Source of the DNA: Candidatus Eiseniibacteriota bacterium
GTDB taxonomy: Bacteria; Eisenbacteria; RBG-16-71-46; JABDJR01
Direction of reading: 5' to 3'
Length of the DNA stretch: 64,000 nt
Assembly: GCA_963762255.1 (NCBI GenBank)
Contig: CAVXKA010000002.1
Location: forward strand, 384,001 to 448,000
Shown here: one piece after another, positions 19,438 through 29,135 of the stretch
Position numbering within the stretch: the stretch's first letter is position 1
Layout: every line of letters begins with the position of its first letter
Translations under genes and position numbers: made by a program
Notes under the pieces: model-generated
The model's input: only the letters and a program-made list of their open reading frames with translations
Told to the model about the DNA's origin: nothing
The model's database searches: none

Positions 19438-20579
19438 CAGTGCGGTCCTCCGCCTTGAGCGGCCGATCGGAACCGCTCCTCCTGCTTCTTGAGGTAGACA
19501 TTCTGCGGATCGAGGACCAGCGCCTTCTTCGCAAGATCGAGCGCCTTGCCGGCCTCTCCGCGCGCGAACTGGATCTCGGCCAAGGTGTCGAGGACCTGCC
19601 ACGAGTTGGGCTGGAGCGACAGCGCCTCCTGAGCCAATCGGTACGCCTCGTCGAGGTTCACGCGACGCTCCGCGTAGAACCAGGCGAGGCCGTTGCGCGG
19701 GTCGGGATCCCGCGGGGACGCGTCGATGGCGTTGCGATAGAGGTGGATCACCCGTGCGTACTCGCGGTCGGCTCGAGTTCGATCCTCGGCGGCGAGCGCG
19801 TCATCCCCGAGGCGGGCGTGAACACCGGGCAGAAACGTGCGCGCGTGCAGCGAGTAGAGACGGGCGAGTTCGGCGATCGGGCTCTCGGAGTCGTCCACGC
19901 GGAGGTCCACGTAGCGATCGTTGCCCCCTTGGTACCCGCCCTTGGCCTTCACCACGAGCAGAGCGGCGGACTGCTTGCCGCGCCGATCCCCTCCCGCTTC
20001 GTCCCCTGCGGCCAACGCAGCCAGCAAGCGCTCGGAGAGGCTTCCTTCCGCGATCTGGAATGCCTTCGCCATCGCGTCGGCCACGTCCGGCCCGGCCAGG
20101 ATGTTGCCCTGAATCGCGAATCCGGGGCCGCGAAGCCCGCCTGCCCAGCTCTCGCAGCGCTCGCCGGTGAAGGTCGCAGAAGCCCCGTGGGCGTCCACCA
20201 CACCGACCTGACGCGTCGCACGCTGCGGATCGCCATCGATGAGCAGGTCCAGAACCTGAGCCGCGGAAAGTCCCTTCTCAAGCGACTCAAGGCCAAGAGG
20301 CCCAAAATGCGTATTGGCAACCGCTTGAGTCGCGATCGCCCCCACCCCGGCCCGAGCCCACGGAACCACCGAACCGACGGCCAGGAAACGGGACGCGACC
20401 GCCACTCCCCACTCACCCTCGGCCGTATCGCAAGCCACGATCGAAAACGTGGCGACACCGGGGAGCGGCGGAGGCAACGCGAGAGACGGCGCCGCGAGAG
20501 AGGCGGCCCCAACGGCAACGATGAGCGCAAGCGGCAGCAGAGCGGCCGCGGACGCGATCGGGTTTCGCACGGTTCGCAT
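19437..20579 (-). CDS. DUF1028 (Ntn-hydrolase-like) protein with signal peptide and C-terminal TPRs
   Basis: 'ATFSIVACD...WGVAVASRFLAVGSVVPWARAGVGAIATQA', 'QGNILAG', 'GGDRRGKQSAAL', 'DLRVDD', TPR 'VLDTLAEIQF'. Confidence 0.9.
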   Translation of the reverse strand: MRTVRNPIASAAALLPLALIVAVGAASLAAPSLALPPPLPGVATFSIVACDTAEGEWGVAVASRFLAVGSVVPWARAGVGAIATQAVANTHFGPLGLESLEKGLSAAQVLDLLIDGDPQRATRQVGVVDAHGASATFTGERCESWAGGLRGPGFAIQGNILAGPDVADAMAKAFQIAEGSLSERLLAALAAGDEAGGDRRGKQSAALLVVKAKGGYQGGNDRYVDLRVDDSESPIAELARLYSLHARTFLPGVHARLGDDALAAEDRTRADREYARVIHLYRNAIDASPRDPDPRNGLAWFYAERRVNLDEAYRLAQEALSLQPNSWQVLDTLAEIQFARGEAGKALDLAKKALVLDPQNVYLKKQEERFRSAAQGGGPH

Positions 20580-20693
20580 GGGTTTTACGGGTCCCCTCCT
20601 CACCCGGTTATCGGCACTCCGGGCTGAAACTCGACACCCGACTCGTGGACCCGGGGCGCGCCTTCCGGAGGCCCGCCGGCCCGCTCCGGGCGG

Positions 20694-21506
20694 TCAGCGA
20701 CCCACCGGAGGAAGACCCGCCATCGTCTCCAGCCCGGTGAGGAGGTCGACCATCTCGGCGTGGAATCGGCCATTGCTTCCGACGAGGTGGCGCGCGCGCG
20801 GATCGAAGGTCTCGCCGAAGTAGCCGGTCACGCGACCGCCTGCCTCCTCGACCACCAGCGCCCCCGCAGCCACGTCCCAGGGTTGGAGCTTCTCTTCCCA
20901 GTAGCCGTCGAGCCGCCCGCACGCCACCTGGCAGAGATCGAGCGCCGCGGATCCTCCGCGGCGGATTCCCTGAGCGAGCTTGGCGAAGGCGGCGAACTGG
21001 GTGAGGTTGTCGCGGCGCGTCGTGCGCATGTCGTACGGGAAGCCGGTGGCGAGGAGGGCCCGGTCGAGGGTTCCCGTCGCGCTCACGCGGATCGACTGGC
21101 CGTTCAGCGTCGCGCCGCCGCCCTTCACCGCGGTGAAGGTCTCGCCGCGTGTGGGATCGTGTACCACTCCCAGCACGCGCTCGCCGGCCCGCTCGAGGCC
21201 GATCGAGACCGAGAACACGGGATAGGTGTGAGCGAAGTTGGTGGTGCCGTCGAGAGGATCCACGATCCAGCGCAGGTCCGAGTCGCGCTCGGTCCCGGTT
21301 CCTTCCTCGGCGAGGATCGATGCTTCGGGAAGGATCGCGCCGAGGCGCTTCACAAGAAAGGCCTCCGATTCCCGGTCGGCCTCGGTGACGAGGTCCACCT
21401 CGCCCTTGTACTCGACCGCGCGGAGCCGGCCCAGTTTGCCGAGGAGAAGAACCCCCGCCTCCCCCGCCACCGCGTTCACCGCTTCCGCCATGCGCAGCAG
21501 ATCCAT
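20694..21506 (-). CDS. suhB: Inositol monophosphatase family
   Basis: 'DLVTEAD', 'WIVDPLDGTTNFAH', 'GSAALDL', 'WDVAAG'. Confidence 0.93.
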   Translation of the reverse strand: MDLLRMAEAVNAVAGEAGVLLLGKLGRLRAVEYKGEVDLVTEADRESEAFLVKRLGAILPEASILAEEGTGTERDSDLRWIVDPLDGTTNFAHTYPVFSVSIGLERAGERVLGVVHDPTRGETFTAVKGGGATLNGQSIRVSATGTLDRALLATGFPYDMRTTRRDNLTQFAAFAKLAQGIRRGGSAALDLCQVACGRLDGYWEEKLQPWDVAAGALVVEEAGGRVTGYFGETFDPRARHLVGSNGRFHAEMVDLLTGLETMAGLPPVGR

Positions 21507-21622
21507 CGTGTCCTCCCCCGTGATTCGAGGTCGAGGATGGTAGCCCCGTGGCTCGGGTTTCGCTAATGGCGAATTCTCCCTTCGCGGGTGACGCGCTGCA
21601 ACGGCGGCGGTAGAGTCCCCGC

Positions 21623-23689
21623 ATGCAACGCGATCTGCGGCCTTTGTTCTTCCCGAAATCGGTGGCGGTGGTGGGCGCTTCGTCGCGTCCCTCCTCCCTT
21701 GCCGGCGCCGTGCTGCGCAACCTGGTGGCCGGGCGCTTTCCCGGAACGGTCCAGGTCGTGCATCCGAAAGAGAGCGAGGTGCACGGCGTGCGCGCCGTGG
21801 CGGGGCTCGAGGATCTCGACCCGGCGCCCGAGATGGCGGTGATCGGTGTCGCCCCCGACAAGGCCGAGGCCGCCATCCTGCACCTGCTCGAGCGGGGCAC
21901 TCGCGCGTTCGTGCTGCTCACCGCGGGGTTCGGCGAGACCGGACCCGAGGGTCGCGCGCGCGAGCTGAGCCTGGCGGCGCGCTGCCGCGAACGCGGAGCG
22001 GTGCTCATGGGTTCGAACTGTATGGGGCTCCACTGCGTGACCGAGACCTATCGCCTGGACGCGAGCTTCTCGCGGGTGACCCCGGCGCCGGGACACGTCG
22101 CCCTCATCTCTCAGAGCGGGTCGATCGGCGAGTGGCTCTTCCTGCGCATGACCGAGCGCAGGATCGGCGCTGCCTTCTATGCAAGCGCCGGCAACATGGC
22201 CGACCTCACCGTGCCCGATCTCCTGGAGGGTGTGGCCTCTCTTCTTCCCGGCGTGGAGCAGGTGCTTCTCTATCTCGAGACGATCCCTCCCGCGGCGCGC
22301 CTTCGCGAGGCGGCGGCCGCGCTGCGCCCCGGTGTGCGGCTCATGGTCGTGCGAGGGGGCACCACAGGGTCCGGGAGCCGCGCCGTGGGCGGACACACCG
22401 GCGCGCTCGCCGCCGAGCCCGCGCTCTCCGAGGCGCTCATGCGCGGAATCGACGCCGAGGAAATCTACTCGCTCACCGAGACGATGGACCTGATCGAGGT
22501 GATCGACCGGTTGGGCGCGCCGCGCGGCCGCCGCGTGGCGCTGGTGACCAACGCCGGCGGGCCCGCCGTCCTCGCCGCCGACGAGCTCGCCCGCATGGGG
22601 ATCGAACTCGGCGAGATCTCGGGGGGGCTTCAGGCGGAGATGCGGACCGCGCTCCCGATGGCCGCGGTGACCGCAAACCCGGTGGATCTCCTCGCCTCGG
22701 CGGGGCCGGAGGAGTATCGGCACGCGCTTCAACTCTTGAGCAGGTCCGGCGAGCTCGACGCGCTGCTCCCCATGTTCATGCACCCCATCGTGACCGATGC
22801 CCACGCGGTGGCGCGGGTGTTCGCCGAGGTGCTGGCCGGCGCGCCCGTCCCGTCAGTCCCCTGCTTCATGGTCGCGCCCGTGGACGACGCGGCCACGGAG
22901 ACGATTCGCGACGCCGGCCTTCCGGTGATCGGGGAACCCAATCGCGCGGCGCGCGCGCTCGCGCGTTGGGCGCAGCCCCCCTCGCCGGACCGCGCCGAGT
23001 GGCCCTCGGCCGGTGACCGGCGCTGGCCGTCACCCGCGCCTTCTCTGGGAGGCTCGATCTGGGGCGATCCCGCCGTACTGGAGGGCTTCCTCGCTTCATC
23101 GTCCGCCTCCACCGCCGAGTCCGGCCGATGCGCGGGCTACGAGGAAGCGCGCATGTTGGTCCGCGCGATGAGGGCGCCGCTCGCGCTCAAGATCGAGCGC
23201 GGCTCGGATCCGCACAAGGCGCGCGCGGGTCTTCTCGCCATGGCCCGCACCGACGACGAGGCGGAGGCGGCTCTGAACCGGCTGCGGACCCTGGAGCGTG
23301 GCGGGGACCGGTGGCTGGTGCAACGCCTTGTTCCGCGCGGGTTCGAGATCTACGCGTCGTTCCTCAGACACCCCGAACTCGGCCCCTTCGTGGGTCTCGC
23401 CCGCGGCGGAAGCGCGGTCGAGCGAGGCGCGCCGCCGGTGTGGCTCTCCCTCCCCGCCTCGGCGGGACAAGCCGAGGCGTTCTTCGTCCGCGCGACGTTC
23501 CTGCGGGAGTTGGGCGAGGCCGACGATCCCGGCCCCGCGGCCGCGCGCGCGCTGGTCGCGGCGCTGGCACGACTGGCCGGGGACGCGCCGGAAGCGACGA
23601 TGGCGGAAGTGAATCCTGCCATCTGGGATCCGGACGCGGAGCGACTCGTTCTGGTCGACGTCCGCTGGCAACTCAGCGCGGATCGCTAG
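21623..23689 (+). CDS. Acetate/acyl-CoA ligase (ADP-forming) family, CoA-binding plus divergent ATP-grasp
   Basis: 'FFPKSVAVVGAS', 'GSNCMG', 'ISQSG', 'GHTGALA' (phospho-His), 'TNAGG', 'NPVDL', 'LKI...HK', 'EVNP'. Confidence 0.85.
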   Translation: MQRDLRPLFFPKSVAVVGASSRPSSLAGAVLRNLVAGRFPGTVQVVHPKESEVHGVRAVAGLEDLDPAPEMAVIGVAPDKAEAAILHLLERGTRAFVLLTAGFGETGPEGRARELSLAARCRERGAVLMGSNCMGLHCVTETYRLDASFSRVTPAPGHVALISQSGSIGEWLFLRMTERRIGAAFYASAGNMADLTVPDLLEGVASLLPGVEQVLLYLETIPPAARLREAAAALRPGVRLMVVRGGTTGSGSRAVGGHTGALAAEPALSEALMRGIDAEEIYSLTETMDLIEVIDRLGAPRGRRVALVTNAGGPAVLAADELARMGIELGEISGGLQAEMRTALPMAAVTANPVDLLASAGPEEYRHALQLLSRSGELDALLPMFMHPIVTDAHAVARVFAEVLAGAPVPSVPCFMVAPVDDAATETIRDAGLPVIGEPNRAARALARWAQPPSPDRAEWPSAGDRRWPSPAPSLGGSIWGDPAVLEGFLASSSASTAESGRCAGYEEARMLVRAMRAPLALKIERGSDPHKARAGLLAMARTDDEAEAALNRLRTLERGGDRWLVQRLVPRGFEIYASFLRHPELGPFVGLARGGSAVERGAPPVWLSLPASAGQAEAFFVRATFLRELGEADDPGPAAARALVAALARLAGDAPEATMAEVNPAIWDPDAERLVLVDVRWQLSADR

Positions 23690-24779
23690 CGGGGTCGTCG
23701 GGCCCAAGCGAACACGGGGCCCGATCGCGGCGCTTCGTCTCCACCTGCAGCGTGGTGTGGGTGATGTGGAAACGCTCTTCGAGGAGTCGCCTCGCTTCGC
23801 CGAGGATGCGATCGGTGTGGGCGAGTTGTTCCGGCCGGACCATCAAGTGGGTGGAGAGTGCGTGAACCTGCGAGGTGAGGCTCCAGACGTGCAGGTCGTG
23901 CACGTCGTCCACGCCTTCCACGCTCAGCATGGCCTCGCGCACGGCCTCGATGTTCACGTCGCGGGGGACCGACTCCAGAAGCACATCGACCGCCTCACGC
24001 AGCAGACGATAGGCGCCGTACACCACCACCCCGGCGAGCAGGAGGCTGGCGACGGAATCGAGCCACCACCACGACGTGAGCGCCATGGCGACGGCGGCGA
24101 TCAGCACCAGGACCGAGCTCGCCCCGTCGGCGGCCGCATGCCATAGCGCGGCCCGCGTGTTCAGGCCCCCGTGGGCCCGGTGGAGCCACCTCACCGAGAG
24201 GAGATTGGCCAGGAGCCCGGCGGCCGCGACCGGGATCAGAATCCCCACCCGGACCGGGGCCGGGGCGGCGAAGCGGTGCCAGGCTTCGACCACGATCCCC
24301 ACTGCCAACGCCGTCAGAAGGATCCCGTTGGCCATGGCACTCAGGATCTCCAGGCGGTAGTAGCCGAAGGTGCGCTTGCCGGTCGGAGGGAGGGCGGCGA
24401 AGCGGATCGCCGCGCCGGCGAGTCCAAGTGCGAGCAGATCGGTGAGCATGTGTGCGGCGTCGGAGAGGAGCGCGAGGGAGCGTGCGGCGAGGCCGCCCGC
24501 GACCTCGGCGAGAAAGAGCACGAGGGTGACGAGGAGCGCCCGCTTGAGTGCGCGCCGCTCGCCCGGTGACGATTCCCGCCGATGGGAGGAGCGGACGGAG
24601 GTGCGGGGAAGCGCGCCCGAGGCAAGGCGACGGGGCCGGCGGCGGGATCGGCCGGACAAGGAGGGCTGAAGCTGGCCGATCCCGCGATACCGGCCCCGAA
24701 GCGTTGCCGAGTCGCGGTACGCGTGTTCTACCCTCGCGCCCCTCGATGAGTTCCCGCGATCCGGGAGACGGCGGCTCAT
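23673..24779 (-). CDS. czcD: Cation diffusion facilitator (CzcD-like); start uncertain
   Basis: 'SLALLSDAAHMLTD', 'TFGYYRLEILSA', 'NTRAALWH...D', 'VHDLHVWSL', 'HTTLQVE'. Confidence 0.88.
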   Translation of the reverse strand: MSRRLPDRGNSSRGARVEHAYRDSATLRGRYRGIGQLQPSLSGRSRRRPRRLASGALPRTSVRSSHRRESSPGERRALKRALLVTLVLFLAEVAGGLAARSLALLSDAAHMLTDLLALGLAGAAIRFAALPPTGKRTFGYYRLEILSAMANGILLTALAVGIVVEAWHRFAAPAPVRVGILIPVAAAGLLANLLSVRWLHRAHGGLNTRAALWHAAADGASSVLVLIAAVAMALTSWWWLDSVASLLLAGVVVYGAYRLLREAVDVLLESVPRDVNIEAVREAMLSVEGVDDVHDLHVWSLTSQVHALSTHLMVRPEQLAHTDRILGEARRLLEERFHITHTTLQVETKRRDRAPCSLGPDDPASDPR

Positions 24780-25744
24780 CCCCGCAGCCCCGACCCGGTG
24801 AGCCAGGCAAGAACGGGTTCGCGCTCTCCCGCATCGCGCAGCGTCCGCACCGCGGCGAGCGCCGCGGCGGACGCCCTCTCCGCGGCCACACCGCGTCGCC
24901 CGAGCGCCGTATGCGCCGCCTCGATCTCCGCTTCATCCACTTCGATCACTTCCCCGCCGTGGCCCGCGAGCGCGGCGAGGATCTCGTCTCGCCTCGGAGG
25001 ATCCGCGATGGCGATGCCCGTGGCCCGCGTGCCGCCGCCGGCGCCGGGGCAGCGCAGCCCGGGGCACGCCGCCGCCTGCACCGCCACCAGGCGCACGTCC
25101 CGACGATCCAAGCGCTCGAGCGCGTGCGCAACGCCGAGGAACAGTGAGCCGTTGCCGACGGGAATGACCCAAGTTGCGGGAGGCTCGCCGCCGCACTGCG
25201 CGAGAACCTCGATCGCGCTCCGGCCCGTCCCTTCGGAGAACGCCGGGTGCGCGACATGACTGAAGTAGAACTCCCTGACCGCGGCTTCGGCGGCCCGCGC
25301 CGCGGCGGCGCGGCGATCGCCCTCGGCCACGACACAGGCCCCCATCATCTCCAACGCGTGTCGCTTGGCCGGCGGCAGATCGCCGGGCGTATGGACCGTC
25401 ACCGGAAGCCCGGCGCGCGCGGCCGCCGAAGCCGCGGCCAGCGCCGCGCTACCCGAGGAGTCCACAACGAGCCGGGTCGCGCCCGCCCACACCGCGACCG
25501 CGGCGAGCGCGGCGGCGCCCCGATCTTTGAAGGAGCCGGTGCGGTTGAGATCCTCGCGCTTCCAGAGAAGATCGTTGTCCACCGGATCGGACCAGAGCGG
25601 TGTCGGAGCCCCGACGTCCGCGCCCCGGATCGCATAGAGCGAGGGATCGGCAGCCGACCAGAGTCCACCGCAGACGCACCGGGCGGGATAGATCGCGGCT
25701 GTGCGCGAGGGTCGGCCGCACGCGACGCAGAGGAGATCGCTCAC
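24776..25744 (-). CDS. PLP-dependent threonine-synthase-like enzyme (fold type II), short paralogue
   Basis: 'CVACG...CVCGG' N-terminus, 'KREDLNRTGSFKDRG', 'DSSGSAA', 'PVGNGS'. GTG start overlaps the upstream stop. Confidence 0.8.
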   Translation of the reverse strand: MSDLLCVACGRPSRTAAIYPARCVCGGLWSAADPSLYAIRGADVGAPTPLWSDPVDNDLLWKREDLNRTGSFKDRGAAALAAVAVWAGATRLVVDSSGSAALAAASAAARAGLPVTVHTPGDLPPAKRHALEMMGACVVAEGDRRAAAARAAEAAVREFYFSHVAHPAFSEGTGRSAIEVLAQCGGEPPATWVIPVGNGSLFLGVAHALERLDRRDVRLVAVQAAACPGLRCPGAGGGTRATGIAIADPPRRDEILAALAGHGGEVIEVDEAEIEAAHTALGRRGVAAERASAAALAAVRTLRDAGEREPVLAWLTGSGLRG

Positions 25745-26922
25745 GCCACCGTCTCCGTGCGCGGGTACTTGAAACCGTCGCCGGTGAGGAACAGAACGAT
25801 CTCTTCGTGAGGATTCAGCCAGCCGGAACGCGCGAGTCGGGCCGCTGCCGCGACCGTGGCCGCAGCCTCGGGGGAGATGAAGAGACCTTCGTCGGCGCCG
25901 GTCCACGCCCTGGCCTCCTCCATCTCCGCATCGGTCACCGTGAGCGCTGTGCCGCCCGTATTGCGCACCGCGTCGAGGATGAGATGGTCCCCGATCGTGC
26001 CGGGCACGCGCAGGCCCGAAGCGGCCGTTCGAGGGTTCATCCAAAGATCGGCGTGCCGCTTCCCCTCGGCGTGCGCGCGCACCAGCGGCGCGCACCCCTC
26101 GGCCTGCACGACTACGAATCGCGGCGGCGGCCCTTCGAGAAGACCCAACGCGCGAAGTTCGGCGTCCGCCTTCATCATGCCGACGATGCCGGTGCCGCCT
26201 CCGGTGGGATAGATCGCCACCGAGGGCCAGCGCCACCCGAGCTGTTCGACCAGCTCGAGCCCCATCGTCTTCTTCCCCTCCACGCGATAGGGCTCCTTGA
26301 GCGTCGAGAGGAAGAACCAATCCCCGGCTTCCGCGCACGCGCCTAGCCAGCGGCCGGCATCGGCGATGTCTCCGTCGACATCGTGGAGGTGTCCTCCGTG
26401 GAGGCGGACCTCTTCGCGGAACGGCTCGGGGGTTTCACGAGGAAGCGCCACGTGGACCTCGGCTCCCCAATAGGCGCCGTAGGCGGCCGCAGCCCCTCCG
26501 GCGTTGCCGGCGCTGGGAAGCGCGAAGCGCCGCGCCCCAAGCTCCACGGCGCGCGCCATCGCTACCGCCATGCCCCTGGCTTTGAACGATCCTCCCGGGT
26601 TGCGGCCTTCGTCTTTGAGGAGCAGGCGGGATAGGGCGAGCCGCGCGCCGAGTCGCTCGGCCGAAACGAGCGGGGTGGCCCCCTCGCCGAGGCCGCGCCG
26701 GCGCCCGGGGTCGCGCACGGGAAGGATCTCTCCCCATCGCCACAGCCCGGGCGGACGATTTCGGAGAGCGCCGGCGGTCAGGGTGCGGCGGGCGCCGTTG
26801 AAGTCATACTGCGCGAAAAAGGTCCCACCGCAGCGACAAACGGTCTGCAATCGATCCGCGTCGACAACCACACCGCATCGGGCACAGGCGAGACCGGAGA
26901 GGGCCGAAGCGGGGGCGGTCAC
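25741..26922 (-). CDS. thrC: Threonine synthase family
   Basis: 'LGEGATPL', 'KDEGRNPGGSFKARG', 'PSAGNAG', 'KEPYRVEGKKTMG', 'YPTGGGTG', 'FLTGDGFKY'. Confidence 0.85.
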   Translation of the reverse strand: MTAPASALSGLACARCGVVVDADRLQTVCRCGGTFFAQYDFNGARRTLTAGALRNRPPGLWRWGEILPVRDPGRRRGLGEGATPLVSAERLGARLALSRLLLKDEGRNPGGSFKARGMAVAMARAVELGARRFALPSAGNAGGAAAAYGAYWGAEVHVALPRETPEPFREEVRLHGGHLHDVDGDIADAGRWLGACAEAGDWFFLSTLKEPYRVEGKKTMGLELVEQLGWRWPSVAIYPTGGGTGIVGMMKADAELRALGLLEGPPPRFVVVQAEGCAPLVRAHAEGKRHADLWMNPRTAASGLRVPGTIGDHLILDAVRNTGGTALTVTDAEMEEARAWTGADEGLFISPEAAATVAAAARLARSGWLNPHEEIVLFLTGDGFKYPRTETVA

Positions 26923-26940
26923 GGGTCGGCTCGGCCCCCG

Positions 26941-27294
26941 TCAATCGGTCAAGAGGTAGAGGATCCGGCCGCAGTTCTCGCAGACCTTGACCGGCTGGTC
27001 CGCCGTGATCTCGGAGAAGAAGCTGGGAGGGACACCCTGGAAGCAGCCGAGACACGTCCGGTTCTCCACCGGCACCACGGCCCGCCCATGCTTGGTGCAG
27101 AGCCGCTCGTAGATGCGCAAGTAACGTCGATCGATCTTGCCGGTCAGCTTCAGGCGAGCCGCCTCGAGCGGCCCCATATTGTCGAGCGAGAAGCCCATGT
27201 TCTCCAGCTCGGTGCGGCGCTCCTGATCTTTGGTTTCCCGGATCAACGTGTCGAGGTCCTGCAAGTTCACCAGGAGGTGAAGCTGTTCATGCAC
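26941..27294 (-). CDS. Short C4-type zinc-ribbon (DUF164-like) protein
   Basis: 'LVNLQDLD', 'YERL...GRAVVPV...CLGCF...CENCGRILY'. Confidence 0.85.
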   Translation of the reverse strand: MHEQLHLLVNLQDLDTLIRETKDQERRTELENMGFSLDNMGPLEAARLKLTGKIDRRYLRIYERLCTKHGRAVVPVENRTCLGCFQGVPPSFFSEITADQPVKVCENCGRILYLLTD

Positions 27295-27757
27295 CTTCGT
27301 CGGCCTCCTCGAGGATCTCCGCCACTTCCTCGTAGTCCGCCGCGGCCAGCAGCCTGCGACGGCTCTTGACGCTCTTGACCATCTCGACGATCTTGCCCAA
27401 GACCGGCAGATACAGGTTGCTCCGTTCCTGGGGCGGGGCGACGGTCAGGAACACGAGATACACGGGCTTGCCGTCCATGGCATCGAACTCGATACCCTCC
27501 GTCGAGCGGCCGAAGGCCACCGCCAGACGGGTGATCGCGAGCGTACGCCCGTGCGGCACGGCCACGCCGCGCCCGATGCCGGTGCTGCCCAGGTGCTCAC
27601 GCTGCCGGAGCATCTCGAGGAGGATGCCTCCCTCCTTGATGCGCTGCGCGCGGACAAGGGCGTCCACCATTTCTTTAAGGGCGCCTTCCTTGTCCCTGGC
27701 CTGGAGCTGGGGAATGAAGAGCTCTTCGTCGAGAAATTCGCTGAGTCGGATGTTCAC
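27287..27757 (-). CDS. ptsN: PTS IIA component (Ntr/Fru-type)
   Basis: 'REHLGSTGIGRGVAVPHGR' with the phospho-His, 'GIEFDAMDGKPVYLVFL'. Confidence 0.88.
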   Translation of the reverse strand: MNIRLSEFLDEELFIPQLQARDKEGALKEMVDALVRAQRIKEGGILLEMLRQREHLGSTGIGRGVAVPHGRTLAITRLAVAFGRSTEGIEFDAMDGKPVYLVFLTVAPPQERSNLYLPVLGKIVEMVKSVKSRRRLLAAADYEEVAEILEEADEGA

Positions 27758-27846
27758 GATCGGAAACCTCGCAGGAGCGGTGACGGGATGCGCAACCGAG
27801 GACGGTGGGAGGGCGGCGGAGGAACTACGCACAACATAGGTAATCA

Positions 27847-27876
27847 AGTCTATCCCCCCTCGCAGCGAGGCGTCAA
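27847..27876 (-). promoter_or_regulatory. Sigma70-type promoter for ptsN and downstream genes
   Basis: Minus strand TTGACG-18nt-TAGACT. Confidence 0.55.
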
Positions 27877-27896
27877 TCGAGGTGAGGCCTGGCGCG

Positions 27897-29135
27897 TCAG
27901 AGGCTCTGGCGCCGCCCCAGCGCGGCTCGGTGGACGAGCTCCCGCTGGGCACTCGCGGCTGCCGCCGCCCCGTGATGCGCGGCGACCCACCGGCGCCCCG
28001 CCGACCCCAATGCGCCTCGCAGATCGGGGTCGGAGAGCGCTCGTATGACCGCGGCGGCCAGGCTTTCGGAATCTTCCCCGACCAGAACCTCGCGTCCGGC
28101 CTCCGGTCCCATCCCCAGGACTCCCACCGGCGAGCCCACCACCGCCCTCTCGAGAGCCAGGCTCTCAAGCAGCCTGATACGAAGCCCACCCCCATAGCGG
28201 AGCGGGACCAGCACCACGGCCGCGGAGAGAAGGGGCGTGCGCACGTTCTCCACTTCGCCCACTACCTCGGCCCCCGCCTCGCGGGCGCGGCGAGCGAGAC
28301 CGGGAGGCAATCCTCCTCCCGCCACGAGGAGCGACGCCCCCGGACGCCCCTGGACGATCCTCGGCCACAGTTCTGCCAGAGTGTATTCGAGCGCATCTCG
28401 ATTGAAATCGGCGGCGAAGGAACCGAAGAAGAGGACGCGCTCGGCGACTTCCGGCGGGTCTTCCGCTCTGCGTGCGGCGAGCGCCACATCGAGATCGAGA
28501 CCGTAGGAAACGATCGCCGAACGATCCGCGGACACTCCCGCGCTTCGTATTGCCTCGGTGCGGTCCCCTTCCGTGACGAACCAGACGGCGGGCGCGGCGG
28601 CGAGCGCCCGGCGCTCGCGGACCGCCTCCATGGCGGCCCAGGCGGCGCCTCGGCTCCCCTCGGTAAGAAACGCCCCGGCGCGCTGGCGTGCGAGATACTC
28701 GATGTCGTGGGCAAACAGCACCCCGGGGACGCCGCGCACACGATCGAGGTAGGCGGACGAGTACCAGTACTCGACCACGACAAGATCGGGCCGGAACCTT
28801 TCGGCTTCGCGGCCGAACGCGTCGACCAGGGAGGGAAGAGCGGTGTACGTCTCTACCGGTGGGATCCCGCGCCTTGCCGCCGCCCGGGCGCGGAAGCGAT
28901 ACACCGCGCGGTGCAGGGGTGATGCGCGATTGGGAGCGAGCGGGGCCACCACTTCGAGACCCGGCACCTTCCGGCGTAGCGCATCGACGTCGGCGCTCTC
29001 CGACGGGTGGAGGCGCCGCGCGAAGAGACGGATCGTATGCTCGCCGGCAAGGTTCTGCAGCAACTGCAGCGTGCCCCACCGCGTGCCCTGAGTCGGAGGA
29101 TAGGGAAGGATCGGCTTCATCCAAAGGATGCGCAT
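27897..29135 (-). CDS. Glycosyltransferase family 4
   Basis: 'LPYPPTQG', 'HDIEY', 'FFGSF...N', 'VPLRYGGGLRIRLLESLA'. Confidence 0.88.
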   Translation of the reverse strand: MRILWMKPILPYPPTQGTRWGTLQLLQNLAGEHTIRLFARRLHPSESADVDALRRKVPGLEVVAPLAPNRASPLHRAVYRFRARAAARRGIPPVETYTALPSLVDAFGREAERFRPDLVVVEYWYSSAYLDRVRGVPGVLFAHDIEYLARQRAGAFLTEGSRGAAWAAMEAVRERRALAAAPAVWFVTEGDRTEAIRSAGVSADRSAIVSYGLDLDVALAARRAEDPPEVAERVLFFGSFAADFNRDALEYTLAELWPRIVQGRPGASLLVAGGGLPPGLARRAREAGAEVVGEVENVRTPLLSAAVVLVPLRYGGGLRIRLLESLALERAVVGSPVGVLGMGPEAGREVLVGEDSESLAAAVIRALSDPDLRGALGSAGRRWVAAHHGAAAAASAQRELVHRAALGRRQSL

